Of a DNA stretch of 64,000 bases, positions 1-8,901 are shown piece by piece (within the stretch, counting starts at the first letter, position 1; every line of letters starts with the position of its first letter). The notes beneath the pieces are model-generated. The model was given only the letters and a program-made list of their open reading frames with translations, was not told the origin of the DNA and did no database searches. The translations under genes and the position numbers were made by a program. This stretch comes from Pseudobdellovibrionaceae bacterium (GTDB taxonomy: Bacteria; Bdellovibrionota; Bdellovibrionia; Bdellovibrionales; Bdellovibrionaceae). Location: positions 35,925 through 99,924 of the forward strand of contig JBDHWW010000005.1 in assembly GCA_039810425.1 (NCBI GenBank). Reading direction: 5' to 3'.

Positions 1-1175
1 AAAGCCGACTATATACTACGGCGCTGTCGCAGTTCTTGAATTTTTTTAAACACGCTCAAGGTGTGACGATGAAAGTGGCTCACCTTGCAAGCTTCATCGA
101 ACTAGGGTTGCCCGGCGAACTTCGTAAAGCCTTTGCCGATATGGCTGAGCATGCGGAGCCTTTGCCGCCGGAAACTATCGCGGGAGTCATTAGGAAAGAT
201 TTTGGCCGTGAACCGGAAGAGCTGTTTCTTAAGTGGGACAAAGACCCGTTGGCGAGAACCAGCTTGGGCCAAGTGCACCGAGCTCAGTTGGTGGATGGCA
301 CCGAAGTCGTTGTCAAACTGCAGAATCCGGATATTCGTAAAATACTTGAAAACCAGTTCCGGAAAATTGAAGGGCTTCACCGTATCTCTTTGTTTTTTGA
401 GAGTGGGGATGAACTGTTGCTTGAAGATATTAAGCGACAAGTTCTGCTTGAGATTGATTACCGGCGCGAAGCATACAATCAACGTCGTTTTCAAAATATA
501 TTTGTGAATGACAAACAGGTCATAGTACCCAGGGTGCATCTCGAATATTCAAGTGATCGCGTTTTAACTTCAGACTATATTGCCGGCCGCTCTTTCGACG
601 ATTTTAAACGTCAATCATCTCAGAAAGAACGCGATGAGGCCGCACAAACAATTCATCGATTTATTGCCAAATCCCTTATGGGACCCGGCTGGTTTTATGC
701 TGACCCTCACCCACGAAACTTTAAATTTCTTGACGACAAAGTAGTATTTTTAGATTTCGGCCGGATTGTTGAATACGACGTCGAGTTCCTACAGTTAAAT
801 CGTATCTTTTTTAAGGCCTTATTAAATGAGGACTACACCCTGGCGAAGTCATTAATGATCAAAATGGGTTCTGTTGAAGATCCCGAAAAGTTCAATTTCG
901 AAGTTTTTTGGAGCTTTCTGAGCTTGCAACAAGTTCACTACATGACCAATCGTAAATTCAAATGCACCCCGGACCATATGCGCCGCCTGGCTTTGGAAGC
1001 CCGCCGCTTTGGTGGGCGCAAGGGATTGAAGGTGGATAAGTGGTTTTTTTGGGCGTTCGTTTATCAGAATTCCGTCTTTAGCATTTGTGCCGATCTTCAA
1101 GCCGAGAGCAACTGGCGCTCAGATGTTTTTGCCATACTCGACGAGTGTGAAGCAGAGACTTTAGTCTTAAAATAA
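1..1175 (+). CDS. ABC1/AarF/UbiB-family atypical kinase, 5'-truncated by the window edge
   Basis: Motifs SLGQVH, VVKLQNP, EIDYRREA, ADPHPRN, LDFG. The frame is open back to position 3 (SRLYTTALSQFLNFF...), so the true start probably lies upstream of the window. Paralog of 1797..3251. Confidence 0.85.
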   Translation, partial: SRLYTTALSQFLNFFKHAQGVTMKVAHLASFIELGLPGELRKAFADMAEHAEPLPPETIAGVIRKDFGREPEELFLKWDKDPLARTSLGQVHRAQLVDGTEVVVKLQNPDIRKILENQFRKIEGLHRISLFFESGDELLLEDIKRQVLLEIDYRREAYNQRRFQNIFVNDKQVIVPRVHLEYSSDRVLTSDYIAGRSFDDFKRQSSQKERDEAAQTIHRFIAKSLMGPGWFYADPHPRNFKFLDDKVVFLDFGRIVEYDVEFLQLNRIFFKALLNEDYTLAKSLMIKMGSVEDPEKFNFEVFWSFLSLQQVHYMTNRKFKCTPDHMRRLALEARRFGGRKGLKVDKWFFWAFVYQNSVFSICADLQAESNWRSDVFAILDECEAETLVLK

Positions 1176-1334
1176 GACCCGATCTTTTGGATAAGCGACT
1201 TAGTTTCGGGGCTTGTCTCGTATTAGGACTTGCCAGTCCCAACTTTTAAAGATGTATATAGCATTCTTCAGGCGTTGAAAGATGAAGGTTTTATCAAAGT
1301 CTCCTATTGCTCTGATCTGGGATCATATTCCCCG

Positions 1335-1362
1335 AGGCTCAGCGTAATGCTGAGCCTTTTTT
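1335..1362 (+). terminator. Rho-independent terminator
   Basis: Perfect 9-bp stem AGGCTCAGC-gtaat-GCTGAGCCT followed by a T run. Confidence 0.75.
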
Positions 1363-1411
1363 CTTGCCGCTAAAGTCTTGGGCCGGATATCTTAAAAAAT
1401 CCGGAGGTCTT

Positions 1412-1681
1412 ATGAAGCCATCGTTATTGTTGATCGCTCTTCTTTTTTCGGTGAGTACTTTCGCGCAGCAGGGAAATGATCAGCGCACCGTTAGTGAGTG
1501 TGCGACGGACCTTAAAATTAAGCTCTGGTGGGATAGTACCAAGAAAAAAGAGGCCGAAAAGTTCTGCGCAGAGTATTCCCAAACTACAATCGATTGCGCC
1601 ATCAATAATATGAAAGCCAAGCACTTGACCTATACTCAATTCGAAAGTGCGGTCAAAGATTGCCACCGGACGCGCAAATAG
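1412..1681 (+). CDS. Small secreted hypothetical protein (4 Cys)
   Basis: GGAGG RBS before ATG 1412; signal peptide MKPSLLLIALLFSVSTFA. Confidence 0.75.
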   Translation: MKPSLLLIALLFSVSTFAQQGNDQRTVSECATDLKIKLWWDSTKKKEAEKFCAEYSQTTIDCAINNMKAKHLTYTQFESAVKDCHRTRK

Positions 1682-1796
1682 TCTGGTTAAAAATAAAACT
1701 ATTTTCTTTTGCAATCTCCATCACTCATAATGCACCCCATGACCAATTCATGGCCACTTACATCCAGCAGAGCGTTTAGTTTTACTACGGGAATTT

Positions 1797-3251
1797 TTGG
1801 GGTTTTCCCAGCGGGAAATGGCCAAAGAGTTTCAAGTTTCACCGGGTGCCATTGCGCTTTGGGAAACCGGCTCACGGGTTATTCCAGGCCCGGTGTTGAA
1901 GTTGATGGAGGTTTATGAAAAAGCCCTGCCGACGACGACAAGAAAGAATTCCTCACTCAAAACTGACGGTTTGTTGGTTGAGTTCAGGGAAGTTTTCAAT
2001 GCAAAAGGCAACGATGAAGTGCAAGGGGCGTTGGAGCTTATCAAGAACGGTTTAGATAATTTTCTGGATGATTCCTATGCCATGAATAGTTTGCGTGGCC
2101 GTCTGAAGTTGATTTTAGTAAAGAGACTTTTGAAGTCTTTAAAAAACTCCAAAGGTCTTTCAACGAAAATCGCCCAACTGGCGAGCTTTATGGAAATAGG
2201 CCTTTCCCCGGAAGTCCGTCGCGCTTTAGGAACCCTACAGTCTCGCAGCCTGCCAAGTAAGTTCAACGAGATTCAAAGCTTTTTGGAAGAGGAATATGGC
2301 AAGCCATTAAAAATGGTATTCTCGCATTTTCAAGAAAAGCCCATTGCGGTGACGAGCTTAGGGCAGGTTCATTATGCGAAATTGCCTGGAGGCCAGGAAG
2401 TGGCCGTTAAAGTCCAACATCCCCGGATTCACAGTATATTGCAGAAACAGTTTCGCAATATGGAACTCTTGAAAACCTTGGGAGCTTTTTTAGGAAAGAA
2501 CGACTACGGGATTATCGAAGAGCTGCGGCGGGCGTTGTTTCAGGAGTGTGATTATCAGCTAGAGGCTTTGAATCAAGAGAAGTTCCGAAATATTTGGTCT
2601 GAGGACCCGAGGATTATTGTTCCTTTTGTATACCGGGATTTAGTCCGAGACCGTGTCATGGTGACAGAGTTCATTCGGGGTGAAAGTTTTCACAGCTTTT
2701 GCGTCCGCGCCAGCCAAAGCCAACGAAACGAGGCGGCCGAAACGCTTTTGGACTGTTTAACCAAAGCGTCCTTTGGCTACGGCCAAATGTATACAGATCA
2801 ACATCCGGATAATTTTTTATTCCGTGATGGGAGAGTCGTGATATTGGATTTTGGCCGGGTGGTTGAATATCCCGTGGACCGTTTGAAAGTCGAGTGTCGG
2901 TTCTACCTGCACATGATGAATCAAGAATATGAAAAGTGCCGGGTCCTTGCGGAGACTCTTTTCGCCAAGGACGCAAACGATTTTGATTTCGATGCATTTT
3001 GGAATTTTCTGCAAAAATCCCATCAGCATTTAATAATCAATGAAAAGTTTAAGTTCTCGCGCCAATATGTGCAGTCTATCAGCCGGGAAGGGCGGATCTT
3101 CTCGAAAAAATACCAGCTCAAGATGACCAAAGAAGCGTTTTGGGCCTATGTTTTCGGTGCGAGCTCTTGGGGGATTTTGGCAGACCTTGATTCGGACATT
3201 AATTGCCGTCAGATTGCTTTAAAGAATGTCTATCTCGGCACTCAGCTTTAA
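1797..3251 (+). CDS. XRE-family HTH fused to an ABC1/UbiB-type atypical kinase (start uncertain, probably ~1739-1750)
   Basis: N-terminal (ERLVLLREF)LGFSQREMAKEFQVSPGAIALWETGSR is XRE-like; kinase motifs SLGQVH, VAVKVQHP, ECDYQLEA, TDQHPDN, LDFG. Confidence 0.85.
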   Translation: MGFSQREMAKEFQVSPGAIALWETGSRVIPGPVLKLMEVYEKALPTTTRKNSSLKTDGLLVEFREVFNAKGNDEVQGALELIKNGLDNFLDDSYAMNSLRGRLKLILVKRLLKSLKNSKGLSTKIAQLASFMEIGLSPEVRRALGTLQSRSLPSKFNEIQSFLEEEYGKPLKMVFSHFQEKPIAVTSLGQVHYAKLPGGQEVAVKVQHPRIHSILQKQFRNMELLKTLGAFLGKNDYGIIEELRRALFQECDYQLEALNQEKFRNIWSEDPRIIVPFVYRDLVRDRVMVTEFIRGESFHSFCVRASQSQRNEAAETLLDCLTKASFGYGQMYTDQHPDNFLFRDGRVVILDFGRVVEYPVDRLKVECRFYLHMMNQEYEKCRVLAETLFAKDANDFDFDAFWNFLQKSHQHLIINEKFKFSRQYVQSISREGRIFSKKYQLKMTKEAFWAYVFGASSWGILADLDSDINCRQIALKNVYLGTQL

Positions 3252-3501
3252 TAATTTAAAGCAGGTCCCAAATTATAGGGGCCCGCTTTTGAAATTCGAT
3301 AATTGAGCGATTTTAAAAGTGAAATTTTCGAGCGCTTACACTGTGAGCGAACCTGGAATTGCCTCCCTGTATCATTGCACAAATTCGAGGCAAACTAGTC
3401 TGGTTTGATACAAGTTTTTTTATTTTTCATCGCGGTTTCGTCAAGCCCTCTTACCCTAATGTGAGTGTTTCACACGTTATTACACGTTGCTGGGGGTATT
3501 T

Positions 3502-3903
3502 TTGTATAAGCGGGTTTGTCTGTTGATCTGCCTCGTGATGGGGCTAGGGAGTTTCTTCGCGGTCTCAAATAGTAAGGCGACGCCCGAGAAGAATGCGAAT
3601 GTAGCAGTTCCTGGGAAAGCGCCACAAACGACAAAGAATCAGTCGAGGCAGCAGTATCAGCTGATGATGCAAATGCAACAACAGCAGTATGCGAAAGCTC
3701 AATTAATCAGCAAATACGAAGAGCGCCAAAAAATTCAGGACGCTCTAGACTCGGTCTATCAGCGGGTTGAGCAGGCTAAGACCTTGCATCAAAGCAGCCG
3801 TTCAAAAGATGCGGCTCAAGCCGAGCGTATGCTGAAAAAACGGCAAAGCGCGCTGGCTGAGGAAATAAAACGTCTCGAGTCCCACCTAAAAAATAAATTC
3901 TGA
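3502..3903 (+). CDS. Secreted or membrane-anchored Gln-rich coiled-coil hypothetical protein
   Basis: Hydrophobic N-terminus and heptad-like C-terminus; GGGGG before TTG 3502 (alternative start 3487). Confidence 0.6.
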   Translation: MYKRVCLLICLVMGLGSFFAVSNSKATPEKNANVAVPGKAPQTTKNQSRQQYQLMMQMQQQQYAKAQLISKYEERQKIQDALDSVYQRVEQAKTLHQSSRSKDAAQAERMLKKRQSALAEEIKRLESHLKNKF

Positions 3904-3947
3904 TCAAGTAAATCAATCGGAAATAATCACGTAACAAGGAGATTTGA

Positions 3948-5903
3948 ATGGGAAATACATGGAAGAGCCTAATTTTAGGCGCATTATTAACAAGTATGAC
4001 CGCTTGTAGTGGCGGCAGCTCAGTTAGCGACGGTGCTTCTAACAGTACTGATTTGGTGATCTCGGGTAAGGTTGGGGCTATGGGAACGATGAGTGTTTCC
4101 AACAACGCCTCTGAAGGTGTCGGCAAGTTTGGTACCTACGACAATGTTAAGCTGTACGTTACAGTTTACAATGACCCACCACAAATCACGGTGGCTAACT
4201 TAGGGAGCGACGGCTCTTTCTCTGTCACGCTTCCAAACGCCAGCGGCACTGTCATCGGTGCGCAATTTAAGAACACGCTGACCAACGTGGTAAAGCATGT
4301 GTACTTCCAAGATTCTAGCAAAAAGGACATGAATTCTTCTGACATGCTAATGGAATCTTATCCACTGAAAGGAAGTGTTAACTTCGGTACTTTGGATTTG
4401 TCCGGAGCAAAACCAGTTATTGACGTTGTTGCTGTCATCCCGGCTGAAAATCGCGCGGATGCTGGTGGCGATGTTGTTGGTTATGACTTTAGTGGTTCCT
4501 TCAAAATGGCTAGCTATAGCATTCCTCAAGCACTCAAAGACCAAGGCTTCATTACAGCTGAAGTGGACAACGGTGGTAACCATCAATCTTGTGGCGATGA
4601 GCCCTGTCTGCCTGTAGACATGCCAATCACTTTGGTGAAGTACTCAGGTAAAGAGTTCACTAAGGGCGCGGGTTGTACCGAAAGCGACTGTAAAGCAGAT
4701 GGTACGGAAGGAACTGTCGGCACGGCAAATAAGTACGGTCTTTCTATCTGGGAAGGTCCGGCATCAGGCGCAGGGAGCGGTCTTCAAGATTGCGGTTACA
4801 ATTCAGGCTTCACGGCGGACTCAGCTCGCTTCGGTGCTGGTATTCACATTGCTTCTGCCGCAATCGGTTCTCAAGCGATGAGTTTGGCTAATTTCACATT
4901 CGGTACGCTGGGCGGGACTGAGCCATGGATGAAGACGACCGCGGAGGCTCAATATGATGTCTATGATTGCGCACCAAAAGCGCACGTGGTCAGCGGGACG
5001 ACTTATAATCTGCATGTATGTAAAGCTTTGGTGTGGGCGGATAACGGCAACACGCTCGATAAGACCATTTACTATGCAAATGAACAAAGTGCGGACAACG
5101 GTTGCCTGGAAGACGGTACTAACAAGCCTGTGATGGTTTCTGACTGGAGTATTAATCCCGAGAATCCGAGTTGCTGGAGTGGTACGGAGGTTTTCCCTGG
5201 CTTTAAGCGCACCAGCTGTCACTATGTGAACCAAGATCCAGATGGCAGTGGTCCTGTGGCGGCAACATCATTCACTTGTAAAAGTGGACAAGGAACTTTT
5301 GCAGACGCAGCTTTGACGACAGCAGCAGTTCCTGGCATTAACTATTTCACAGATCCGACGACTCGTACAGGTTCACCGGCTAAGCTTTTAACTAAAGGCG
5401 GTCTTTGCAGCAGTCTTCCGACTGGAACGGATGCTGAGAAGCTCGCTTCCTACCAGTGTTTTGCTCAAAGTTATGATCGTAACGACGGCGGTGGCTGTAT
5501 GCGTGAGTATCGCTTCAACTGGGGGGCTAAAACTTCAGCTGATTTTGTGATGACAGACGGTCGTCCTCGTCCAAGTTCGAACTTTTTGACAGACATCGTG
5601 ACTTATTCAGCAGATGGAAACACGTTCTTTGTTAACAACAACGAAAAGGAAACAGTGGGTATTTCTTCCGGCCAAAATGGCGGAATGGAATTCTGCGAAA
5701 TCGAGAGCTCTACGAAACTTGTAGGTAAGAAAATGAGTGATGGCCAGCAATTGGTCACCTTGGTTCAATCTGGAGTTTTGCTGAGCTCTGACAAGACTGC
5801 TTGTGTGGCCGCAGTGAACGGTGCCGATACATGGGAAAATGGCAATCTTTCATACCGTGTAGGCGAAGGCAAAAAATTCATGTTCATTTTGAACAAACAA
5901 TAA
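3948..5903 (+). CDS. Large cysteine-rich lipoprotein of unknown function
   Basis: AAGGAG RBS; lipobox-like SMTA-C followed by a Ser/Gly linker; 16 further Cys. Confidence 0.85.
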   Translation: MGNTWKSLILGALLTSMTACSGGSSVSDGASNSTDLVISGKVGAMGTMSVSNNASEGVGKFGTYDNVKLYVTVYNDPPQITVANLGSDGSFSVTLPNASGTVIGAQFKNTLTNVVKHVYFQDSSKKDMNSSDMLMESYPLKGSVNFGTLDLSGAKPVIDVVAVIPAENRADAGGDVVGYDFSGSFKMASYSIPQALKDQGFITAEVDNGGNHQSCGDEPCLPVDMPITLVKYSGKEFTKGAGCTESDCKADGTEGTVGTANKYGLSIWEGPASGAGSGLQDCGYNSGFTADSARFGAGIHIASAAIGSQAMSLANFTFGTLGGTEPWMKTTAEAQYDVYDCAPKAHVVSGTTYNLHVCKALVWADNGNTLDKTIYYANEQSADNGCLEDGTNKPVMVSDWSINPENPSCWSGTEVFPGFKRTSCHYVNQDPDGSGPVAATSFTCKSGQGTFADAALTTAAVPGINYFTDPTTRTGSPAKLLTKGGLCSSLPTGTDAEKLASYQCFAQSYDRNDGGGCMREYRFNWGAKTSADFVMTDGRPRPSSNFLTDIVTYSADGNTFFVNNNEKETVGISSGQNGGMEFCEIESSTKLVGKKMSDGQQLVTLVQSGVLLSSDKTACVAAVNGADTWENGNLSYRVGEGKKFMFILNKQ

Positions 5904-5937
5904 CTCTGACCCTGTTAATGGGTATTGCGGTTCATTG

Positions 5938-5970
5938 GCCCGGGGAGTTCTCTCCTCGGGCTTTTTATTT
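5938..5970 (+). terminator. Rho-independent terminator
   Basis: GCCCGGGGAG-ttct-CTCCTCGGGC followed by TTTTTATTT. Confidence 0.8.
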
Positions 5971-6226
5971 CCCCTAAACCTCTCCGACACCAGTGAAAAA
6001 AAGGCTCTAGGGCCCACTACTTTTTGCACCATGCAGACGAGTCCAAAGTCCTGCTTTATTATTCATTTTATGAAACATATTATGCGTGCTAGCGCAGATT
6101 ACCCGCGTGAAGTATGCGTTTCTGTTCGACAATCATTATGCATAAGGAATGCTTATGAGTGACCCAAGAAATCATTAAAAGATAAATAATTTCAAATATT
6201 TAGAGTCATTGTGGCTCTGAGGCCGT

Positions 6227-6242
6227 CGGCACTGCTCTTGCA
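6227..6242 (+). promoter_or_regulatory. Putative sigma54 -24/-12 promoter
   Basis: CGGCAC-TGCTC-TTGCA matches TGGCAC-N5-TTGCW with correct GG-N10-GC spacing; lies upstream of the ECF sigma gene. Confidence 0.65.
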
Positions 6243-6314
6243 CAATTACTTAGCAAGGGGTCACAAGGGGGCAAGCTCCCATTAACCGAAACTCCTAGAA
6301 GGTGAGTCTACTAT

Positions 6315-6932
6315 ATGTTGCGAGATCTTATGAAAACAGATCTTGAGCTCGTAGAAGAAGTGAAAGCTGGAAACAGAAGATCTTTTTCTGAACTTGTAAA
6401 GCGACATCAGAAAGGACTTCTGAGGATGAGTCTGAGATTCGTAAAGGATCTCGATACAGCGGAAGACGTAGTGCAGGAAAGCTTCATCAAGGCATTTGAA
6501 AAGCTTCACAGCTTTGAAGGTCGGGCGAGTTTTAAAAGCTGGCTCTTCCAAATCGCGGTGAACAATGCACGAAACAGAATCCGCGACTCTCGTAAAAACA
6601 TGATGGACATCGAGAATGTCCAGCTTGCTGTCGGTGCTGAAGCCGAAAGTGGCATGGTTCACGGAGCTGTGGCGGGTATGCTGCAGGAAGAAGTGGACAA
6701 ACTCCCCGACAGGCAAAGAACAGCCCTCGTGTTGCGTGTGTACGAGGATCTCAGTTTCAAGGAGATTGCGGAGATCATGGGTTGCCCCTATGACACTGCG
6801 AAAGCGAACTATCGTCATGCTCTGATGAAACTTCGCGAAGTATTTGATGAACAACAAGACTTGAAGTCCTGGACGGAGGAGGTCGGGGGCTTCTTGGTCG
6901 AAACCAACCAATATGCGGAGGCCGAAGGATGA
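6315..6932 (+). CDS. ECF (RpoE-like) sigma factor
   Basis: Region 2 AEDVVQESFIKAF..F.G.ASFKSWLFQIAVN; region 4 LPDRQRTALVLRVYEDLSFKEIAEIMG. Confidence 0.95.
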   Translation: MLRDLMKTDLELVEEVKAGNRRSFSELVKRHQKGLLRMSLRFVKDLDTAEDVVQESFIKAFEKLHSFEGRASFKSWLFQIAVNNARNRIRDSRKNMMDIENVQLAVGAEAESGMVHGAVAGMLQEEVDKLPDRQRTALVLRVYEDLSFKEIAEIMGCPYDTAKANYRHALMKLREVFDEQQDLKSWTEEVGGFLVETNQYAEAEG

Positions 6933-7141
6933 ACAGAAAGCAACTACTGGGTGGAGTGCTTGAAGAAGTACAACTCCCAAACAACCAAGCCTATTTCGAT
7001 CGTTTACATGACAAAATCATGGCCAAAATCGAGGACATTGAAATGGAGGCCCCCGCACGCCCAGCGATGCGAAGCTTCGAGAAATCGAAAGAATTTCTTC
7101 GGGATCACTGGCGAGGGTGGCTTTATTCTCGCGAAACCTAG
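6929..7141 (+). CDS. Small protein coupled to the ECF sigma gene, possible anti-sigma factor
   Basis: ATGA overlap with the sigma stop; P...YFDRLHDKIMAKI resembles anti-sigma N-terminal helices. Confidence 0.6.
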   Translation: MNRKQLLGGVLEEVQLPNNQAYFDRLHDKIMAKIEDIEMEAPARPAMRSFEKSKEFLRDHWRGWLYSRET

Positions 7142-7188
7142 TCGTGAGCACAACCGGACTGCTGCTGCCTAAATTCTAGTTGAAACTG

Positions 7189-7219
7189 AAAAAGCCCGTC
7201 CTTGGAGAACGGGCTTTTT
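7189..7219. terminator. Bidirectional terminator
   Basis: AAAAAGCCCGT...ACGGGCTTTTT between convergent genes. Confidence 0.8.
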
Positions 7220-7232
7220 GCTTTTTAATATA

Positions 7233-8276
7233 TTATTCAATCTTTTTCTTGAGAGCTTCGACAGGATCTTTTTCTTTTTCGAGACTCTTGCATTCTTCGA
7301 CGAATTTCTTGAAGTCGCCACCGACTTTGTCATAGAGCTTTTCGAAATCCCCAAGATCTTGCATGTAAGTGCGATACACAAGCAAGCGGGCATTGTTGAG
7401 CTTAATATCCTGGAACTTTTTGTATGTGTCCGCCTTTAGTTGTGGCAAAAGTTCATTTTTGAAATCCTCTTGCAACTGCTTGAACTGCGCTTGGCGTTTA
7501 TCCTCGATCTGTTGGTCTTTCGGCAGATTTTCATACCATGCCTGCAGGGCCTTCAACTTCACGGAAAGCCACGCCGAAAACAACTTATCATCGCCATTTT
7601 CATTTTTTACGGCCGCCAGAGTCGGTGAGTCCGGCCCTTCCAGCTTCAGGTAAAACATCTCAGCGCCCTTGTTGCCGAGAAAAACGGCCATGCGTTCATT
7701 AAAGTCCGCTTCGTGCTTAATATACAAAGTAGCGTGCACGGTTTCGTGGATAATCGTGTTTACAAGATCATAATCTTTATACTGTAGCATGGATGACAAC
7801 AAAGGATCTTTAAACCATCCGAGGGTGGAGTAAGCGGAAACCCCGCGCATGTAGGTGTCGAGGTTTTCCTCCTTCAAGCTTGCTTGTTCTTTTTTGGCGT
7901 CTTCTTCGTTAAAGAAACCTTTGTAAGGCATTGATCCCACAATCGGGTAGTGCCACTTGTAGGCCTCTAACTTCCATTTTGGCGCGGCACTGACCACATA
8001 GGTGACGTAAGGGCGATCGAGTAAAACGAACTTCGTGTAATTCTTTGTCGGCTTCAACGCGAGTTCGGTCTCGGCAAACTCACGCGCCTTCTGGGCCAGT
8101 TGGATTTTACGCTTCTGTTCTGTCGTAAGCTTTGGGTCCTTCAGGGCTTCGTCCAGCGAAACCTGGGAGCTCATCATTGAAAATTGATTGTAAGCGGATT
8201 TAACAATGTAGTTGATTTGGCAAGAAGACAGGAGAACGGCACTCAACACAGCGGCTGCGGCCCTTAGAACATCCAT
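7233..8276 (-). CDS. Putative zinc aminopeptidase lipoprotein (DUF2265-like)
   Basis: Lipobox LLSS-C; AYSTLGWF.DP, HETVH and FNE motifs. Confidence 0.85.
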   Translation of the reverse strand: MDVLRAAAAVLSAVLLSSCQINYIVKSAYNQFSMMSSQVSLDEALKDPKLTTEQKRKIQLAQKAREFAETELALKPTKNYTKFVLLDRPYVTYVVSAAPKWKLEAYKWHYPIVGSMPYKGFFNEEDAKKEQASLKEENLDTYMRGVSAYSTLGWFKDPLLSSMLQYKDYDLVNTIIHETVHATLYIKHEADFNERMAVFLGNKGAEMFYLKLEGPDSPTLAAVKNENGDDKLFSAWLSVKLKALQAWYENLPKDQQIEDKRQAQFKQLQEDFKNELLPQLKADTYKKFQDIKLNNARLLVYRTYMQDLGDFEKLYDKVGGDFKKFVEECKSLEKEKDPVEALKKKIE

Positions 8277-8836
8277 GTGATACCCGCAGAGACCGCGTCG
8301 TCATTGGTCTTAGCGCCGCCACCAATCGGCGTTTGCCAAATGCTGTAGCTGGCTTTCAAGCCAAAGGTGTCCGTCAGCGCAATCTTGAGTCCTAAGCCGT
8401 AACTTGGCGCCACGGCAACATCGGGCTCAAGCACCTGGGTTGGGAAGGTGCCGTCTTTGATTTCTTGGCGACGTGAAATCTGCGCGACCCCGCCCTTAAT
8501 AAAAGGCTGGAACAGAGCTTTCTTATCAGCAAAGACCACGATGAGGTCCGCCCCGGCAATCTGAGTTTTTTGAAAAATCGTGCGGGGAGTATCCGCTGCT
8601 GAAGCCTGCTGATTCTGAATTCCCGTGGCCTCCGTGTAACTCAATTCAAGCGCGAGTTTTTCTGCGAAATAGAAAGACACGGACGCGGTTGTCGTTTCAG
8701 AGTCGTAGTTGTTGTTGGCATCGAAATTGGTTTTCTTGCGACCATAGGTAAGACCGATTTCCGTAAACATTGCGTGTGCGCCCACCGGCAGCAAAAACAA
8801 CATTAGAATTGGCAGTAATCGCAGGATCTTTTTCAT
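8264..8836 (-). CDS. Outer-membrane beta-barrel protein
   Basis: Signal peptide, alternating beta strands, C-terminal aromatic (ITWMF). Confidence 0.8.
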   Translation of the reverse strand: MKKILRLLPILMLFLLPVGAHAMFTEIGLTYGRKKTNFDANNNYDSETTTASVSFYFAEKLALELSYTEATGIQNQQASAADTPRTIFQKTQIAGADLIVVFADKKALFQPFIKGGVAQISRRQEIKDGTFPTQVLEPDVAVAPSYGLGLKIALTDTFGLKASYSIWQTPIGGGAKTNDDAVSAGITWMF

Positions 8837-8901
8837 GCTCTCAGGATAACAAAAATCAGAATGAAAAAAGAGCGTATTCGCCTCTGGACTGGAGCTAGGT
8901 C

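Noticed and set aside
3460..3474. CRP site TGTGA...TCACA
   Set aside because: The spacer is 5 nt rather than 6; kept only as an unassigned palindrome.
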